From Coraliomargaritaceae bacterium (lineage in GTDB: Bacteria; Verrucomicrobiota; Verrucomicrobiia; Opitutales; Coraliomargaritaceae): a DNA stretch of 64,000 nt. Shown here in pieces: positions 51,690-62,306 of the stretch. Location of the stretch: contig CBFHKU010000009.1 in the NCBI GenBank assembly GCA_965656495.1, positions 18,098 through 82,097 of the forward strand. The letters run 5' to 3'. Under the pieces are notes generated by a model. It did no database searches and was not told the DNA's origin. It was given only the letters and a program-made list of their open reading frames with translations. Positions within the stretch are counted from its first letter, which is position 1, and each line of letters begins with the position of its first letter. Both the position numbers and the translations under genes were made by a program.

Positions 51690-54659
51690 TCATTCATTGG
51701 CGTAGGATTCCCACTTGAAGTTGGAGATGTGAAAGCGCCTGCCGAAGGCGGCATTTGGGTGTGCTTGGGGCAAACGCTGTGCTTGAGCGCGGCAGCGGGC
51801 TTCACCCACAATGACTCCGCTTGAAGGGTCGCGCATCCGGGCGGCGGCATGCAGGGTAAAGCTGTCGGACCGCACGAAGGTGAAGGGAGCCAGCGAGTTG
51901 AGCAGGGTGGCCTGGCTGAAATGCGCGGGGCCGCCGGGCGGGATCAAATCGATTCCGCTATCCCGGAGGTTGAGGGTGGGGACCGCATCAATGGCGTTTT
52001 GCAGCACTTGCGCCTCAATGAAGGATTGCATACTGAGAGGCGGGTGCCCCTTGGTGTGGTAGTAATTCTTGAGTTCGCGGAGGATCGCTTGGGCGAGCGC
52101 CTCGATTTCGGCTGGGTCTATTTCGCGAAGGTTTTGAATGAAGGCGGGATGTTGTCGCTGACTGCGCCAGTCGGTGGAGGTAGTGGCGAAACAGGCGGGG
52201 TAATCCTCTGTTTCGGCGCGGGTCTGGATTTCGTAGGCGGGATCCTCGCTTTGTTCGGTCAAACCATAAACCGCGTTTTGGGGATGATTGAAATGGAGAT
52301 TCCGAAGGGTTTCAGAGGGCTTGAACCATTCGGGGCTTTGCTCGTAGCGTAATTGCAGGCTGGAGGGCGGAAAGGATTGCCCCGCGAGCACTGCGATCCA
52401 GGAGGCGAGGTCGGTGCTGTTGCAGTTGAACCCGTTGTGCAGAAGGAGCTCGCGGGCGCTTGCCGGGGAATCGAGGCGGGGCGGTTGTTGTGGATCGAGG
52501 GGTCGCAGGCGGGCGTTAAACAAGGCTTGTTTGCCGTCCCAGTCCGCGAGCTGTGGGTCTGGGAGGGTCGAGAAGAAATAAGAATCATGGGGGCTGGCGG
52601 TGGGAGGAAAGGCTTGTAAGTCCTGCAAAATTCCGGGGTTCATTTTCTCCGCAATGGGGGCGTCACAGGCCCGCACAATGCGGTGCCGACGTCCAACGCT
52701 GCTGCCAGCGTTCTCATAGTGAAACAAATCATTGGCAGAAAAGAATTGCGCGGGGTCGAAGTTCGCGGGGTCGCAGTCACGGTCGTTCACGCGAAAGTCG
52801 TAGGGCAGGGGTGGATCACGCTCCCATGCCTGCGCGGGATCCCAGTCCGCGAGATCCACTTCCAATTCCGGATTTCGAAATTCATACTCGTCGAGGTAGC
52901 GTTGCCAGTCGGCGCGGGTGCGGTCCAGCACTTTGAAGCGCAGGCTGAAGGCGTAGCCCGGAACCTCGAGCGATTCATTATTCATCCCGTACTTTCCGTC
53001 GGCGGAATCAATTTTCCGTTGAAACCATGCCGCCCGGTTTGCATTGCCGTGTTGATAATGGATTGTGAAGTCCGGGTAATTTTCGACTTCCACCGTAAAC
53101 AGGAGGGCGGAATCACCGTTTGAATTTTCGGCGTAGAGATGGATGCGTATCGGATCGCGGCCGAAGCGATAGTATGCCGTGACGCGGTCTTCGGGAGCGA
53201 TAGGGAATTCCATACCAATGGCGCTGCGGCGGGTACCCACGCCCCCGTCGGCGGAGTCTTCCGGTAGGGATTTATTAAAGACCATTCCGGATCGCAGGAC
53301 TTTGCCCGGCGCTTCCTCGCTCCAACGGAATTGCAGATCGGCAAGGCTTCCGTTGAGGCTGTTCCCGTTGTCGTGGTTCACGAGGGAATAGCGCGGCAGG
53401 TTTTCAATTTTAACAACAAGGTCGGAGTAACCGAGGGCTGCGGGCCAGGCGGGGTCGCCGATGCGCAGCGGAACGTTGTAGGGATTCCAGAGTTCAAGGT
53501 AGACTTTGCTAACGAGATATAGGGCACCGGATTTGGTATCGGCATTGGCGGCGAGACCAGCGCTGAAGCGAAATTCGGTAAGCACGGGAGCGAGGCTGTG
53601 GATAGCCCCGCCGGTAGCAATCGCGGTGCGCGGAGGGAGGATGCCGCAGTCGAGCAGTTCGAACTGTCGGTCGAGCGGACGCCGGGTTTGAACCATGCGG
53701 GCGATGTCCAGATGGATCAGGCCGGTTGGCTTGGGGTAGAGGGCTTGAAGTTCGGCATCTGAAATCGTTCCCAAATCGAGCGTTTTAAGAAAGCTGAGAT
53801 CATCCTTCAGGCCCCCGTCGAGGGGATTGCTCAAGACAAAGGCATTGCGCAGGCAACGGCTGGCACGGAGTTCCGCCCGGACCTCGGGCGTGGGTGGGGA
53901 ATCCAGCGATTCAAAGGAGAGTTCCAACTCACTCCAATCTTGGGCGCGGCGCAAGTATTCGGGAGCCGGGTTCGTCTCACCGGGATTGGCACAATCATAG
54001 AGTGGGGGGCAATCAAAGAGCGAGTCCTGCCGCAGTTCTGCCAAGTCGAGGGTCGTTTTGCGGTAGTCGAGGTAGGGGAGGGTCGCACCCTTCGCGAGCG
54101 TGTCCAATATACCATCGGTATAGGCGAGGGGCGCACGCATCCCGAGGTCCTCAATCCACCAGGCGATCTCAAGCGATGCGTCGATCCGTTGCCAAGGTGC
54201 TCGGGCGGGGGCGACATCCCCCGCGCTGGTAAATTGACCGTCACGGTCCGCATCATAGCCCGGGCTAAACTCACAGAAAAGTTCAGGATATTCCAATCTC
54301 GGGTCGGCCTGCGGGCCTGAGACCAACCACTGCGGCGTTGCATCCGGTTTGGCGGCGTCCCAAACGCCAATCCAACGACGGTTACCGTTCTTGCAATAAT
54401 CTCCGAGCAAATCTGCCCGCGCGCTAATCCTCCGGTCAGGACCCATTGCTTCCTGAAGGGTGCCAGCCGCCAGCTTCAGCGCCAGACGGGCGTGTTGTTT
54501 CACTTGCAAGCTGAGGGCGTGGCGGCTGCCGCTGCGCAGTTCAGTCTCTAGCAAAGTCCCAAGGCTCAGGCTCAAACACAGCACCAAGCCCGTAAGAAGC
54601 AGGCAGATTACAATCGCAAAACCTCGCTGCGAGTGAAACGTTCTGAAGGTTTTTATAAT
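51690..54659 (-). CDS. large PilX-like/Verru_Chthon cassette protein A-like protein
   Basis: The frame extends upstream of TTG 54587 to QRGFAIVICLLLTGLV (prepilin-like); A.LAL..A.G.LQ..MGPDRRISARA; C-terminal SQATLLNSLAP...RSDSF...GRRF.I..F.W; start codon uncertain. Confidence 0.75.
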   Translation of the reverse strand: MIKTFRTFHSQRGFAIVICLLLTGLVLCLSLSLGTLLETELRSGSRHALSLQVKQHARLALKLAAGTLQEAMGPDRRISARADLLGDYCKNGNRRWIGVWDAAKPDATPQWLVSGPQADPRLEYPELFCEFSPGYDADRDGQFTSAGDVAPARAPWQRIDASLEIAWWIEDLGMRAPLAYTDGILDTLAKGATLPYLDYRKTTLDLAELRQDSLFDCPPLYDCANPGETNPAPEYLRRAQDWSELELSFESLDSPPTPEVRAELRASRCLRNAFVLSNPLDGGLKDDLSFLKTLDLGTISDAELQALYPKPTGLIHLDIARMVQTRRPLDRQFELLDCGILPPRTAIATGGAIHSLAPVLTEFRFSAGLAANADTKSGALYLVSKVYLELWNPYNVPLRIGDPAWPAALGYSDLVVKIENLPRYSLVNHDNGNSLNGSLADLQFRWSEEAPGKVLRSGMVFNKSLPEDSADGGVGTRRSAIGMEFPIAPEDRVTAYYRFGRDPIRIHLYAENSNGDSALLFTVEVENYPDFTIHYQHGNANRAAWFQRKIDSADGKYGMNNESLEVPGYAFSLRFKVLDRTRADWQRYLDEYEFRNPELEVDLADWDPAQAWERDPPLPYDFRVNDRDCDPANFDPAQFFSANDLFHYENAGSSVGRRHRIVRACDAPIAEKMNPGILQDLQAFPPTASPHDSYFFSTLPDPQLADWDGKQALFNARLRPLDPQQPPRLDSPASARELLLHNGFNCNSTDLASWIAVLAGQSFPPSSLQLRYEQSPEWFKPSETLRNLHFNHPQNAVYGLTEQSEDPAYEIQTRAETEDYPACFATTSTDWRSQRQHPAFIQNLREIDPAEIEALAQAILRELKNYYHTKGHPPLSMQSFIEAQVLQNAIDAVPTLNLRDSGIDLIPPGGPAHFSQATLLNSLAPFTFVRSDSFTLHAAARMRDPSSGVIVGEARCRAQAQRLPQAHPNAAFGRRFHISNFKWESYANE

Positions 54660-54774
54660 TTACTAATATGGGTTATAAGAGCCAAAATGTAAATTATTAT
54701 AAAATACCGGTGCCCTTGGGTAAACTTGGCATAATGGATTGCCTCAGAAGGGATATGTTAACTTATATGGTGCG

Positions 54775-55611
54775 ATGCGTGAGGATGACCCAGAGGCGGA
54801 AGCCGATGAATCAATCGATGACTTTCCGGAAGATTTATTTCCGGATGAGTTGGATCCGACTGAAGACGAACCGGACGCCATGAGCTTTTTAGAGCACATG
54901 GAAGAATTTCGCTGGACAGTAGCACGCAGTTTACTGGCTTTTGTGCTGGGAGTGGTCGTAGTGGTGGTATTGATGCCCAAAATCGGCGGTTTTTTGCAGA
55001 TGCCCTTGATACAAGCCTATGGTTCGCCCGATTTGGTCGCGCAAAAATTGATCACCTACAAACCGATGGGCGTCTTCTCGGTCTTCATTCAAATCGCGCT
55101 CTTGGGAGGGTTGGTTTTGTCGATGCCCTTTGTGCTTTATTTCCTCGCCTGTTTTGTGGCACCGGGCCTGACCGAGCGTGAGCGCAAGGTCATTCGTCCC
55201 GCCTGCCTCGCCGCATTCATCCTTTTCCTCTTTGGGGTGGCGGTCGCATTTTTTATAATCCTGCCGCTCACCCTTATGGTTTCGGTGAAGTTTAATCAGT
55301 TAATGGACTTTCAAGTACTCCTGGCAGCTTCGGAATACTATAACATGGTCGTGTGGTTTTCCCTCGCCACCGGAGCCATCTTTCAATTCCCGCTCATTCT
55401 TGTTATTTTGGTCTTCATTCAAGTCCTTGCGATCACGCAATTGAAGTCCCTGCGCCGCGTTGTATTTGTTGGCATGATGGTGTTCTCCGCTTTCCTGACC
55501 CCCGGGGGCGACTTCCTCTCGCTTCCGCTAACGACTGCGATTCTCTACAGCCTCTACGAATTGGCCATCTTTGTGGGTGGACGAATTGAGGCGCGCCGTC
55601 CGCAGGCATAA
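54775..55611 (+). CDS. tatC: twin-arginine translocase subunit TatC
   Basis: [34 protein letters not shown]. Confidence 0.93.
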   Translation: MREDDPEAEADESIDDFPEDLFPDELDPTEDEPDAMSFLEHMEEFRWTVARSLLAFVLGVVVVVVLMPKIGGFLQMPLIQAYGSPDLVAQKLITYKPMGVFSVFIQIALLGGLVLSMPFVLYFLACFVAPGLTERERKVIRPACLAAFILFLFGVAVAFFIILPLTLMVSVKFNQLMDFQVLLAASEYYNMVVWFSLATGAIFQFPLILVILVFIQVLAITQLKSLRRVVFVGMMVFSAFLTPGGDFLSLPLTTAILYSLYELAIFVGGRIEARRPQA

Positions 55612-55659
55612 AAAAAGCGCCCCGTAGGACGCTGCTTTTCAAGTCAAGGTGCGTTCGCT

Positions 55660-55908
55660 TTATTGATTTTCCTGCTTCTGCTTCCGCTGATCCGCCAGGA
55701 CAATCATGAACATATTGACTGAAAACCAAAACGTTGTGGCAACCGGAACCGCCGCAAAACAAGCCTGCATTTGCGCAATCACGGGGTCCGGTGAAAAAGT
55801 ATAAGGCACCAGTGTTTTGCACATATAGGCGTAAAATACCAAGGAGAGCACCACGCCTAATGCGATTTGCCCCTTGCCGAGTAATTTCTGGTAGATCGTT
55901 GTTTCCAT
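55660..55908 (-). CDS. small two-TM hypothetical membrane protein (82 aa)
   Basis: Two hydrophobic segments; fills the gap between tatC and secG. Confidence 0.65.
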   Translation of the reverse strand: METTIYQKLLGKGQIALGVVLSLVFYAYMCKTLVPYTFSPDPVIAQMQACFAAVPVATTFWFSVNMFMIVLADQRKQKQENQ

Positions 55909-56050
55909 AATTTAAACCTTACAAAGAACTTCCTGTCTGGCTCCCTGTCAAAACGAAATTGAATTTCAGGCTCGATTCCTTTCCTGATTTCTCGCTTGAA
56001 TTCAATCTTCCCCTCCCCATGGTCTTAACTTTGCTAATAAATCATAGCTC

Positions 56051-56503
56051 ATGACTCAACTTCTCATCAGTCTTTTAATTTTACTCCTCCTTCTCGCTTC
56101 GGGCTTCGTCGTCTTGATTGTCTTGATGCAGCGCACCGGGCAGGGTGGGGGCATGGGTGCAGCGCTTGGCGGTGGCGCTGCGGAATCTGCTTTTGGGGCG
56201 GACACCAACGACGTCCTTACCAAGACCACCATCTATTCCATCATTGTCTTTTTCATTCTGGCACTGGTGCTCTTTCTTTTGTTTCAGGCCAATTCCACTG
56301 AAAAACTCGAAGCGACCGACCCGATCATTCTGGCAGCGCCGGTTGAAGCAGCAGAACCCGCCGCGACCACCGAGGCAGCGCCCGCACCAACCGAGGCAGC
56401 GCCCGCAGAGGTCGAGCTTAGCACCGCAGACGATTTATTTAAGGACAAGCCGGCAGGGGTGGATGTGGAGGCCGATTCCGGCAGCACCCCCCAACAACCT
56501 TAA
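56051..56503 (+). CDS. secG: preprotein translocase subunit SecG
   Basis: [16 protein letters not shown]...FGA....L.K.T, two TMs, acidic Ala/Pro tail. Confidence 0.92.
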   Translation: MTQLLISLLILLLLLASGFVVLIVLMQRTGQGGGMGAALGGGAAESAFGADTNDVLTKTTIYSIIVFFILALVLFLLFQANSTEKLEATDPIILAAPVEAAEPAATTEAAPAPTEAAPAEVELSTADDLFKDKPAGVDVEADSGSTPQQP

Positions 56504-57408
56504 TGTTTCCTTTTTATAAGCGCATTGCCCAAAGGATCCTGCGATTAACCGATCTTAACCGGTTTATCACAGGTCTTTTTTTTGCGCTAATCCTGATCTC
56601 AAATCAATCCGTGGCAGATGGGGCGCGTCCGCGTTTTGCGGAGGGGCTGCCACCGGAAGCAGTGCATCCCTTTTTGGAAAGCTTCCGCGCGCAGGGTTTG
56701 CAGGGTGACTACAGCTTCAAGTTTCTTTTGGAACACCTTCCGCGTCGTGGCAAGACCATGCGTTACGAGGGAACCCTCTGGGGTTCATGGAATGAGAACG
56801 GCCCCGTCAGTCGTTTTGCGATTGATTCTGGGGTGGCAGACCGGGGGAGCGTTCCTGCTGCTGCGAGAGAATGGATTGTTCAAAATGGAAGGCAGCAACA
56901 GATCTGGGCACGCGAAGGTATGCATGCTACTTTTGAACCCATCGATGTAACGGCTCTCATGGAACCGCTTTTTGAGGGCGTGCTTTACCGGCCCTTTGAT
57001 CTCCTGATGCCCTTTATATACTGGGATGACTATGAATACGAGGGGTCCAAGGCGATTGGGACGCGGCTCACACACCAGTTTCTTATGAAGCCGCCCGAGG
57101 GGCTTGACCTGCCGCAGATCGACGCGGTACGGCTGAGTCTGGACAGCGAATACCGCGCTTTGATGCGTATTGAAATTTTGGATACATCGGGCGAGGTGCT
57201 CACACGTTTTGAAGTAGAGAGCTTCAAGAAAGTGCAGGGTCAATACATTGTTAAGCGGATAACCCTCGGCGAGCAAGCGAGTGGCGATCGCACCCGTTTT
57301 CGCGTGACGGGCGCGGTTCTGGATTTGGAATTACCGGTGCAAATTTTTGATGCAGAAAAAAACATCAAGGCACCGGAAATTGCGCCGGAAAAATTTACCG
57401 CGCTGTAA
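56503..57408 (+). CDS. outer-membrane lipoprotein-sorting (LolA-like) protein
   Basis: P.F.G..Y.P.DL, FKKVQGQY.V, C-terminal beta-rich region; overlaps the secG stop. Confidence 0.65.
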   Translation: MFPFYKRIAQRILRLTDLNRFITGLFFALILISNQSVADGARPRFAEGLPPEAVHPFLESFRAQGLQGDYSFKFLLEHLPRRGKTMRYEGTLWGSWNENGPVSRFAIDSGVADRGSVPAAAREWIVQNGRQQQIWAREGMHATFEPIDVTALMEPLFEGVLYRPFDLLMPFIYWDDYEYEGSKAIGTRLTHQFLMKPPEGLDLPQIDAVRLSLDSEYRALMRIEILDTSGEVLTRFEVESFKKVQGQYIVKRITLGEQASGDRTRFRVTGAVLDLELPVQIFDAEKNIKAPEIAPEKFTAL

Positions 57409-57450
57409 GTATTTTTTAAACGCAAGGTTGAGAACTTTTGCGTCGTAAAA

Positions 57451-57465
57451 TGTATTGACAATACA
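57451..57465 (+). promoter_or_regulatory. perfect palindrome overlapping a consensus -35 (candidate RHH operator)
   Basis: TGTATTG-A-CAATACA containing TTGACA at 57455-57460. Confidence 0.55.
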
Positions 57466-57502
57466 GCTACATCGGTCAGTTCTTTTATTCCGTAACTACT
57501 AT

Positions 57503-58303
57503 ATGACGCAAGTTGCGACCAGCCCTTTAACTTTTGATCTGCACCAAGATTTATTAATCAAGTTGCAGCAACTCCAACGACAGAGTGGAGCACGATCAAT
57601 CAGCGAAGTTGTTAGAGAAGCGCTGACGGTTTTTAATCCGGGACAGCTCAGCGCTAAATCAAAAAAGCATCGCCAAATTTCAGTTCGCCTGCCGAATGAA
57701 TTACGCCGTCACCTCACGCAATTGAGCCGCAAATACAAGCTGAGTGCGGGGGAGATCCTTCGCGAAGCTTTATTGGAAATTTCTAAAGTAGATGCTACTT
57801 TTAACCCCAAAACAAAAACTATGCCTAAGAAAAAAGTAACCAAGAAAAAAGCGCCTGCGAAAGCAGTTCGCAAAGCACCAGCCAAGAAAAAGGCTGTTAA
57901 GAAAGCCGTAAAAAAAGCTGCTAAAAAGGCACCTGCCAAAAAAGCCGCTAAAAAGAAAACCGTGAAGAAAGCGGTTAAGAAAAAAGCACCTGCCAAAAAA
58001 GCCGCAAAGAAAGCGGTAAAAAAAGCAGTTAAAAAGAAGGCGCCCGCTAAAAAGAAGACCGTGAAGAAAGCGGTCAAGAAGAAGGCACCTGCTAAAAAAG
58101 CTGCAAAGAAGGTGGTGAAAAAAGCGGTTAAGAAAAAAGCACCGGCTAAAAAAGCTGTGAAAAAAGCGGTTAAAAAGAAGGCACCTGCTAAAAAAGCCGC
58201 GAAGAAAGCGGTGAAAAAAGCACCGGCCAAAAAGAAAACCGTAAAGAAAGCAGCTAAGAAAAAAGCACCGGCTAAAAAAGCTACCAAGGCTCGTAAGAAG
58301 TAA
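57503..58303 (+). CDS. tandem ribbon-helix-helix protein fused to a histone H1-like (Hc2-like) Lys/Ala/Pro/Val repeat tail
   Basis: LTFDL...SISEVVREAL and ISVRLP...SAGEILREAL RHH motifs; KKAPAKKAVKK repeats from the internal ATG at 57821. Confidence 0.82.
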   Translation: MTQVATSPLTFDLHQDLLIKLQQLQRQSGARSISEVVREALTVFNPGQLSAKSKKHRQISVRLPNELRRHLTQLSRKYKLSAGEILREALLEISKVDATFNPKTKTMPKKKVTKKKAPAKAVRKAPAKKKAVKKAVKKAAKKAPAKKAAKKKTVKKAVKKKAPAKKAAKKAVKKAVKKKAPAKKKTVKKAVKKKAPAKKAAKKVVKKAVKKKAPAKKAVKKAVKKKAPAKKAAKKAVKKAPAKKKTVKKAAKKKAPAKKATKARKK

Positions 58304-58363
58304 CGAGTCCTGGACTCCCTTCTTAGGCTAGGCTTGCTTTTGCCCTAACAGAAGTTTTCACTC

Positions 58364-58418
58364 AGCGCTTCCGGTATTGTCGTAAAAACGACGCTTACCG
58401 GAAGCGCTTTTTATTTTT
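58364..58418 (+). terminator. strong intrinsic terminator after the histone-like gene
   Basis: AGCGCTTCCGGTA / TACCGGAAGCGCT 13-bp stem with an internal GTCGT/ACGAC stem, followed by a T-rich run. Confidence 0.8.
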
Positions 58419-59612
58419 ATGACTGAAACAAATGCAAACTCCCTCTCTTCATGGGCACGCAATGTAGCGCCCTCACCCACGCTGGCGGTTGATGCCAAGG
58501 CGAAAGCCCTCAAGGCCGCCGGGGAAGACGTCTGCGGTTTCGGCGCCGGTGAGCCCGATTTCGATACCCCGGAATTCATCAAGGCGGCCTGCGCCCAAGC
58601 CCTCGCGGATGGCAAAACAAAATATGCCCCCGCGCCCGGTATTCCCGACCTCCGTGCCGCCCTCGCGGAAAAATACCGCAACGAGAATGGCATTGAGGGG
58701 GTGGAGGCCAGTCAGGTTATCGTCAGTCCCGGCGGGAAATTCTCCTGTTACCTTGCGATTCTCGCGACGATCAGCCCGGGGGACGAGGTCATCATCCCGG
58801 CACCGTATTGGGTGAGCTACCCGGAGATGGTGAAGCTCGCGGGCGGCACTCCCAAGGTTGTATTCGCGGGTCACGAGCGCGGCTTTAAGATTACGCCGGA
58901 ACAACTGCGCGAAGCGATCACGCCCCGCACCCGCATGTTGATAATCAACAGCCCCTCCAATCCCACCGGCGCGATCTATACCGAGTCGGAACTGGCGGCC
59001 CTCGTGGAGGTCGCGCTCGAAGCCGGCATATATATAATGTCCGATGAAATTTATGAATACTTGCTCTACGACGGCGTGCAGCATGTAAGCCCCGCGTCTT
59101 TCTCAAAGGAAGCCGCCGCCGCCACTATTACGGTCGCGGGTTTCAGTAAGACCTTTTCCATGACGGGTTGGCGTCTCGGGACTTTGGTGGCAAACCCGCA
59201 GGTCGCCAAAGCGGTTGCGAGTCTCCAAAGCCAGACCAGTTCCAACGCGACCACCTTTGCGCAATACGGTGCCCTCGCCGCGATGCAAAATTGGGATGCC
59301 TCAAAAGCCGCAATTTCCGGAATGCTGGAAGTCTTTGACCGTCGCCGCTTGCGACTCCTTGAGGGTTTGCGTGCCATTGACGGGTTGGAATGCGCCCGCG
59401 CCGAGGGGGCTTTTTATCTTTTTCCCAAGATGGAAGCCCTTGGAATGAGCGCCGCCGATTTCGCGGATAAGCTCCTTGAATCCGAAAAGGTCGCGGTCGT
59501 TCCCGGGGAGGGTTTCGGCGCGCCGGGTTACATGCGTCTCAGTTACGCGACTTCCGACGAAGTAATCGAAAAGGGTCTGGAACGATTGACTCGTTTCTGC
59601 GCGAACCCTTAG
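58419..59612 (+). CDS. aspC: aspartate aminotransferase (class I PLP)
   Basis: [48 protein letters not shown]. Confidence 0.92.
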   Translation: MTETNANSLSSWARNVAPSPTLAVDAKAKALKAAGEDVCGFGAGEPDFDTPEFIKAACAQALADGKTKYAPAPGIPDLRAALAEKYRNENGIEGVEASQVIVSPGGKFSCYLAILATISPGDEVIIPAPYWVSYPEMVKLAGGTPKVVFAGHERGFKITPEQLREAITPRTRMLIINSPSNPTGAIYTESELAALVEVALEAGIYIMSDEIYEYLLYDGVQHVSPASFSKEAAAATITVAGFSKTFSMTGWRLGTLVANPQVAKAVASLQSQTSSNATTFAQYGALAAMQNWDASKAAISGMLEVFDRRRLRLLEGLRAIDGLECARAEGAFYLFPKMEALGMSAADFADKLLESEKVAVVPGEGFGAPGYMRLSYATSDEVIEKGLERLTRFCANP

Positions 59613-59625
59613 TTGAATTTCCGCC

Positions 59626-61851
59626 ATGAGTAAGAACGCAAAAATCCTATACACCATCACGGACGAGGCACCCGCCCTTGCCACCCATTCACTGCTTCCG
59701 GTCATCGAGCGCTTCGCCACTGCGGCGGAGGTCGCGGTCGAAACCCGCGACATCTCCCTCGCAGGACGCATCCTCGCAAATTTCGCGGATTGCCTCGAAG
59801 CCCATCAGGTCATACCGGATGCTCTCGCGGAACTCGGAGAGCTCGCCAAAAAACCGGACGCCAACATCATCAAGCTGCCCAATATTTCAGCCTCCATTCC
59901 GCAAATGCAGGCCTGCATCAAAGAACTCCAATCCCAGGGGTTCGCCTTGCCGGATTACCCCGAGGAAGCCCGCACCGAGGACGAACGCGCCATCAAGGCA
60001 CGCTACGATAAAATCAAAGGCAGCGCCGTGAACCCCGTCCTCCGCGAGGGGAACTCTGACCGCCGCTGTGCTCCCGCGGTCAAGCAATACGCCCGCAATC
60101 ACCCGCACCGCATGGGAGCGTGGAGCGCCGATTCCAAATCGCAGGTCGCCAGTATGCCCGCGCAGGATTTCTTTGCGAACGAACAATCCCTGACCCTCCC
60201 AGTAGCCACCACCGCCCGCATTGAACTCCACGCTGCCGACGGTTCCACTACCACCCTGAAAGACGGCCTCGAACTTCAGGCGGGGGAGATCCTCGACGCC
60301 ACCTTTATGAGTGCCAAGGCGCTCCGTTCATTCCTCGCCGCCGAAATCAAAGCCACCCGCGAAGCAGGGACGCTCTTTTCCCTCCATATGAAGGCGACTA
60401 TGATGAAGGTTTCCGACCCCATCATTTTTGGACACGCCGTCACGGTCTTTTTTGAATCCGTCTTTGAAAAACACGCCGAGGCACTCGCCGCGCTGGGGGT
60501 CGACCCCAACAACGGCCTCGGCGACCTCCTCGCCAAAATTGAGACCCTCCCCGCCGATCAAAAGACCGCGATCGAGGCAGACCTCGCTTCCGTTTACGCG
60601 GAGCAGCCCGACCTCGCGATGGTCGATTCCGACCGGGGTATCACCAATCTGCATGTCCCGAGCGATGTCATTATTGACGCCTCCATGCCCGCCGCAATTC
60701 GCACCTCCGGGCAAATGTGGAACAAGGACGGACAACAACAGGACACCAACTTCATCATCCCCGACCGTTGCTATGCGGGAGTCTATGCCGAAACCATTGC
60801 CTTCTGTAAGGAGAACGGCGCCTTTGATCCCGCCACGATGGGGAGCGTCGCAAACGTCGGGCTCATGGCGCAAAAGGCGGAGGAATACGGCTCGCACGAT
60901 AAGACCTTTGAGATTCCGCACGACGGCGAAGTCCGCATCGTGAACGCCTCCGGTGAAATCCTGCTGCGTCATAGCGTCGAAGCGGGCGACATCTGGCGCG
61001 CCTGCCAGGTAAAGGACGCCCCGATCCGCGACTGGGTCAAGCTCGCGGTCAACCGCGCCCGCGCCACTGCTTCCCCCGTGATTTTCTGGCTCAATCCCGC
61101 CCGCGCCCACGATGCCCAACTCATCGCCAAGGTCGAGACCTACCTCAAGGATCACGACACTGCGGGACTCGACCTCCGCATCCTTTCGCCCGTCGAGGCG
61201 ACCCGTCTATCCCTCCAGCGCGCCAAGGCGGGGGAAGACACCATCTCGGTCACCGGCAACGTCCTCCGCGATTACCTCACCGACCTGTTCCCGATTCTCG
61301 AACTCGGCACCAGCGCCAAGATGCTCTCGATTGTCCCGCTCATGAACGGCGGGGGCCTCTTTGAAACCGGAGCGGGTGGTTCCGCGCCCAAGCACGTGCA
61401 ACAATTCGAGAAGGAAAATCACCTCCGCTGGGATTCCCTCGGGGAATTCCTCGCGCTCGGGGTTTCCCTCGAGCACCTCGCCACCGTGCATGCAAATCCC
61501 AAGGCCGCGGTACTTGCCAAAAGCCTCGATACCGCCACCGCGCAATTCCTCGAAGCGAACAAATCCCCCTCCCGCAAGGTCGGTGAACTCGACAACCGGG
61601 GCAGTCATTTCTACCTGACCCTTTATTGGGCGCAGGCGCTCGCCGCGCAAAGCGAGGATTCCGAACTGCAGGCCCGCTTCGCACCCCTCGCCGCGCAACT
61701 CGCCGCTTCTGAGGATGCCATCGTCGCGGAACTCAACGAGGCTCAGGGCACCGCGATGGACATCGGCGGTTATTACCGGCCCGATGCCGACCGTGCCGCC
61801 GCCGCGATGCGACCCAGCAAAATCTTTAACGACGCCCTCGCTGCACTCTAA
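59626..61851 (+). CDS. icd: monomeric NADP-dependent isocitrate dehydrogenase
   Basis: [53 protein letters not shown]. Confidence 0.97.
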   Translation: MSKNAKILYTITDEAPALATHSLLPVIERFATAAEVAVETRDISLAGRILANFADCLEAHQVIPDALAELGELAKKPDANIIKLPNISASIPQMQACIKELQSQGFALPDYPEEARTEDERAIKARYDKIKGSAVNPVLREGNSDRRCAPAVKQYARNHPHRMGAWSADSKSQVASMPAQDFFANEQSLTLPVATTARIELHAADGSTTTLKDGLELQAGEILDATFMSAKALRSFLAAEIKATREAGTLFSLHMKATMMKVSDPIIFGHAVTVFFESVFEKHAEALAALGVDPNNGLGDLLAKIETLPADQKTAIEADLASVYAEQPDLAMVDSDRGITNLHVPSDVIIDASMPAAIRTSGQMWNKDGQQQDTNFIIPDRCYAGVYAETIAFCKENGAFDPATMGSVANVGLMAQKAEEYGSHDKTFEIPHDGEVRIVNASGEILLRHSVEAGDIWRACQVKDAPIRDWVKLAVNRARATASPVIFWLNPARAHDAQLIAKVETYLKDHDTAGLDLRILSPVEATRLSLQRAKAGEDTISVTGNVLRDYLTDLFPILELGTSAKMLSIVPLMNGGGLFETGAGGSAPKHVQQFEKENHLRWDSLGEFLALGVSLEHLATVHANPKAAVLAKSLDTATAQFLEANKSPSRKVGELDNRGSHFYLTLYWAQALAAQSEDSELQARFAPLAAQLAASEDAIVAELNEAQGTAMDIGGYYRPDADRAAAAMRPSKIFNDALAAL

Positions 61852-61917
61852 AAAACCGCTGCCGAACCGGCGACGCTTCTTTCTTTCCAAGCAGCCACGC
61901 GAGGCTATCCTGCTGGC

Positions 61918-62226
61918 ATGTTCGGAAAAAGAAAGAAGCCCCTGAGCCCCGCGAATGCGGTGCTGTTGATGTTGGCAGTCGCTTTCCTAATCTTGGTCTT
62001 TTTCTTTGGCAGCATCATTTTGCAGACGCAGCGCGAGTTGAAACAATTCAATGAACGCGAGCTGCGCCTCCAGACAAAGCTCAAGCAGGCCGAGCAGGAA
62101 TTCATTCAAAAGGAAATGTATCTGAGTCAATTACTGGAAGACCCTGAATTCCTCGAGCGGGTCGCCCGGGAGCGCCTCGGTTACACCCGCCCCGATGAAA
62201 TCATCTTTCGTTTTACTCCGGAGTAG
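61918..62226 (+). CDS. ftsB: septum formation initiator FtsB/DivIC family protein
   Basis: Single TM, coiled coil, DPEFLERVARERLGY.RPDE. Confidence 0.85.
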   Translation: MFGKRKKPLSPANAVLLMLAVAFLILVFFFGSIILQTQRELKQFNERELRLQTKLKQAEQEFIQKEMYLSQLLEDPEFLERVARERLGYTRPDEIIFRFTPE

Positions 62227-62306
62227 GACCCGGGGGCGCGAATTTATCCCGGCGGTATCGTTTCAAAGATTGCAATTTTTTTCCGCTTGGCTAGCAAGGT
62301 GAAGCC

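Noticed and set aside
51527..51850. N-terminal extension of the 310-aa RAYT ORF, and other ORFs over 50398-50925 with repeated VEAAILPLFHA/WKRQSCRF peptides
   Set aside because: These are translations of REP DNA that overlap neighbouring genes; the plausible RAYT start is ATG 51526
54727..54742. TGGCATAATGGATTGC, a possible sigma-54 promoter upstream of tatC
   Set aside because: GG-to-GC spacing is 11 nt, not the required 10; a similar site near 37251 has 9
57709..58287. Very hydrophobic F/L/A/T repeat ORF on the minus strand
   Set aside because: It is the reverse complement of the Lys/Ala repeat codons of the histone-like gene
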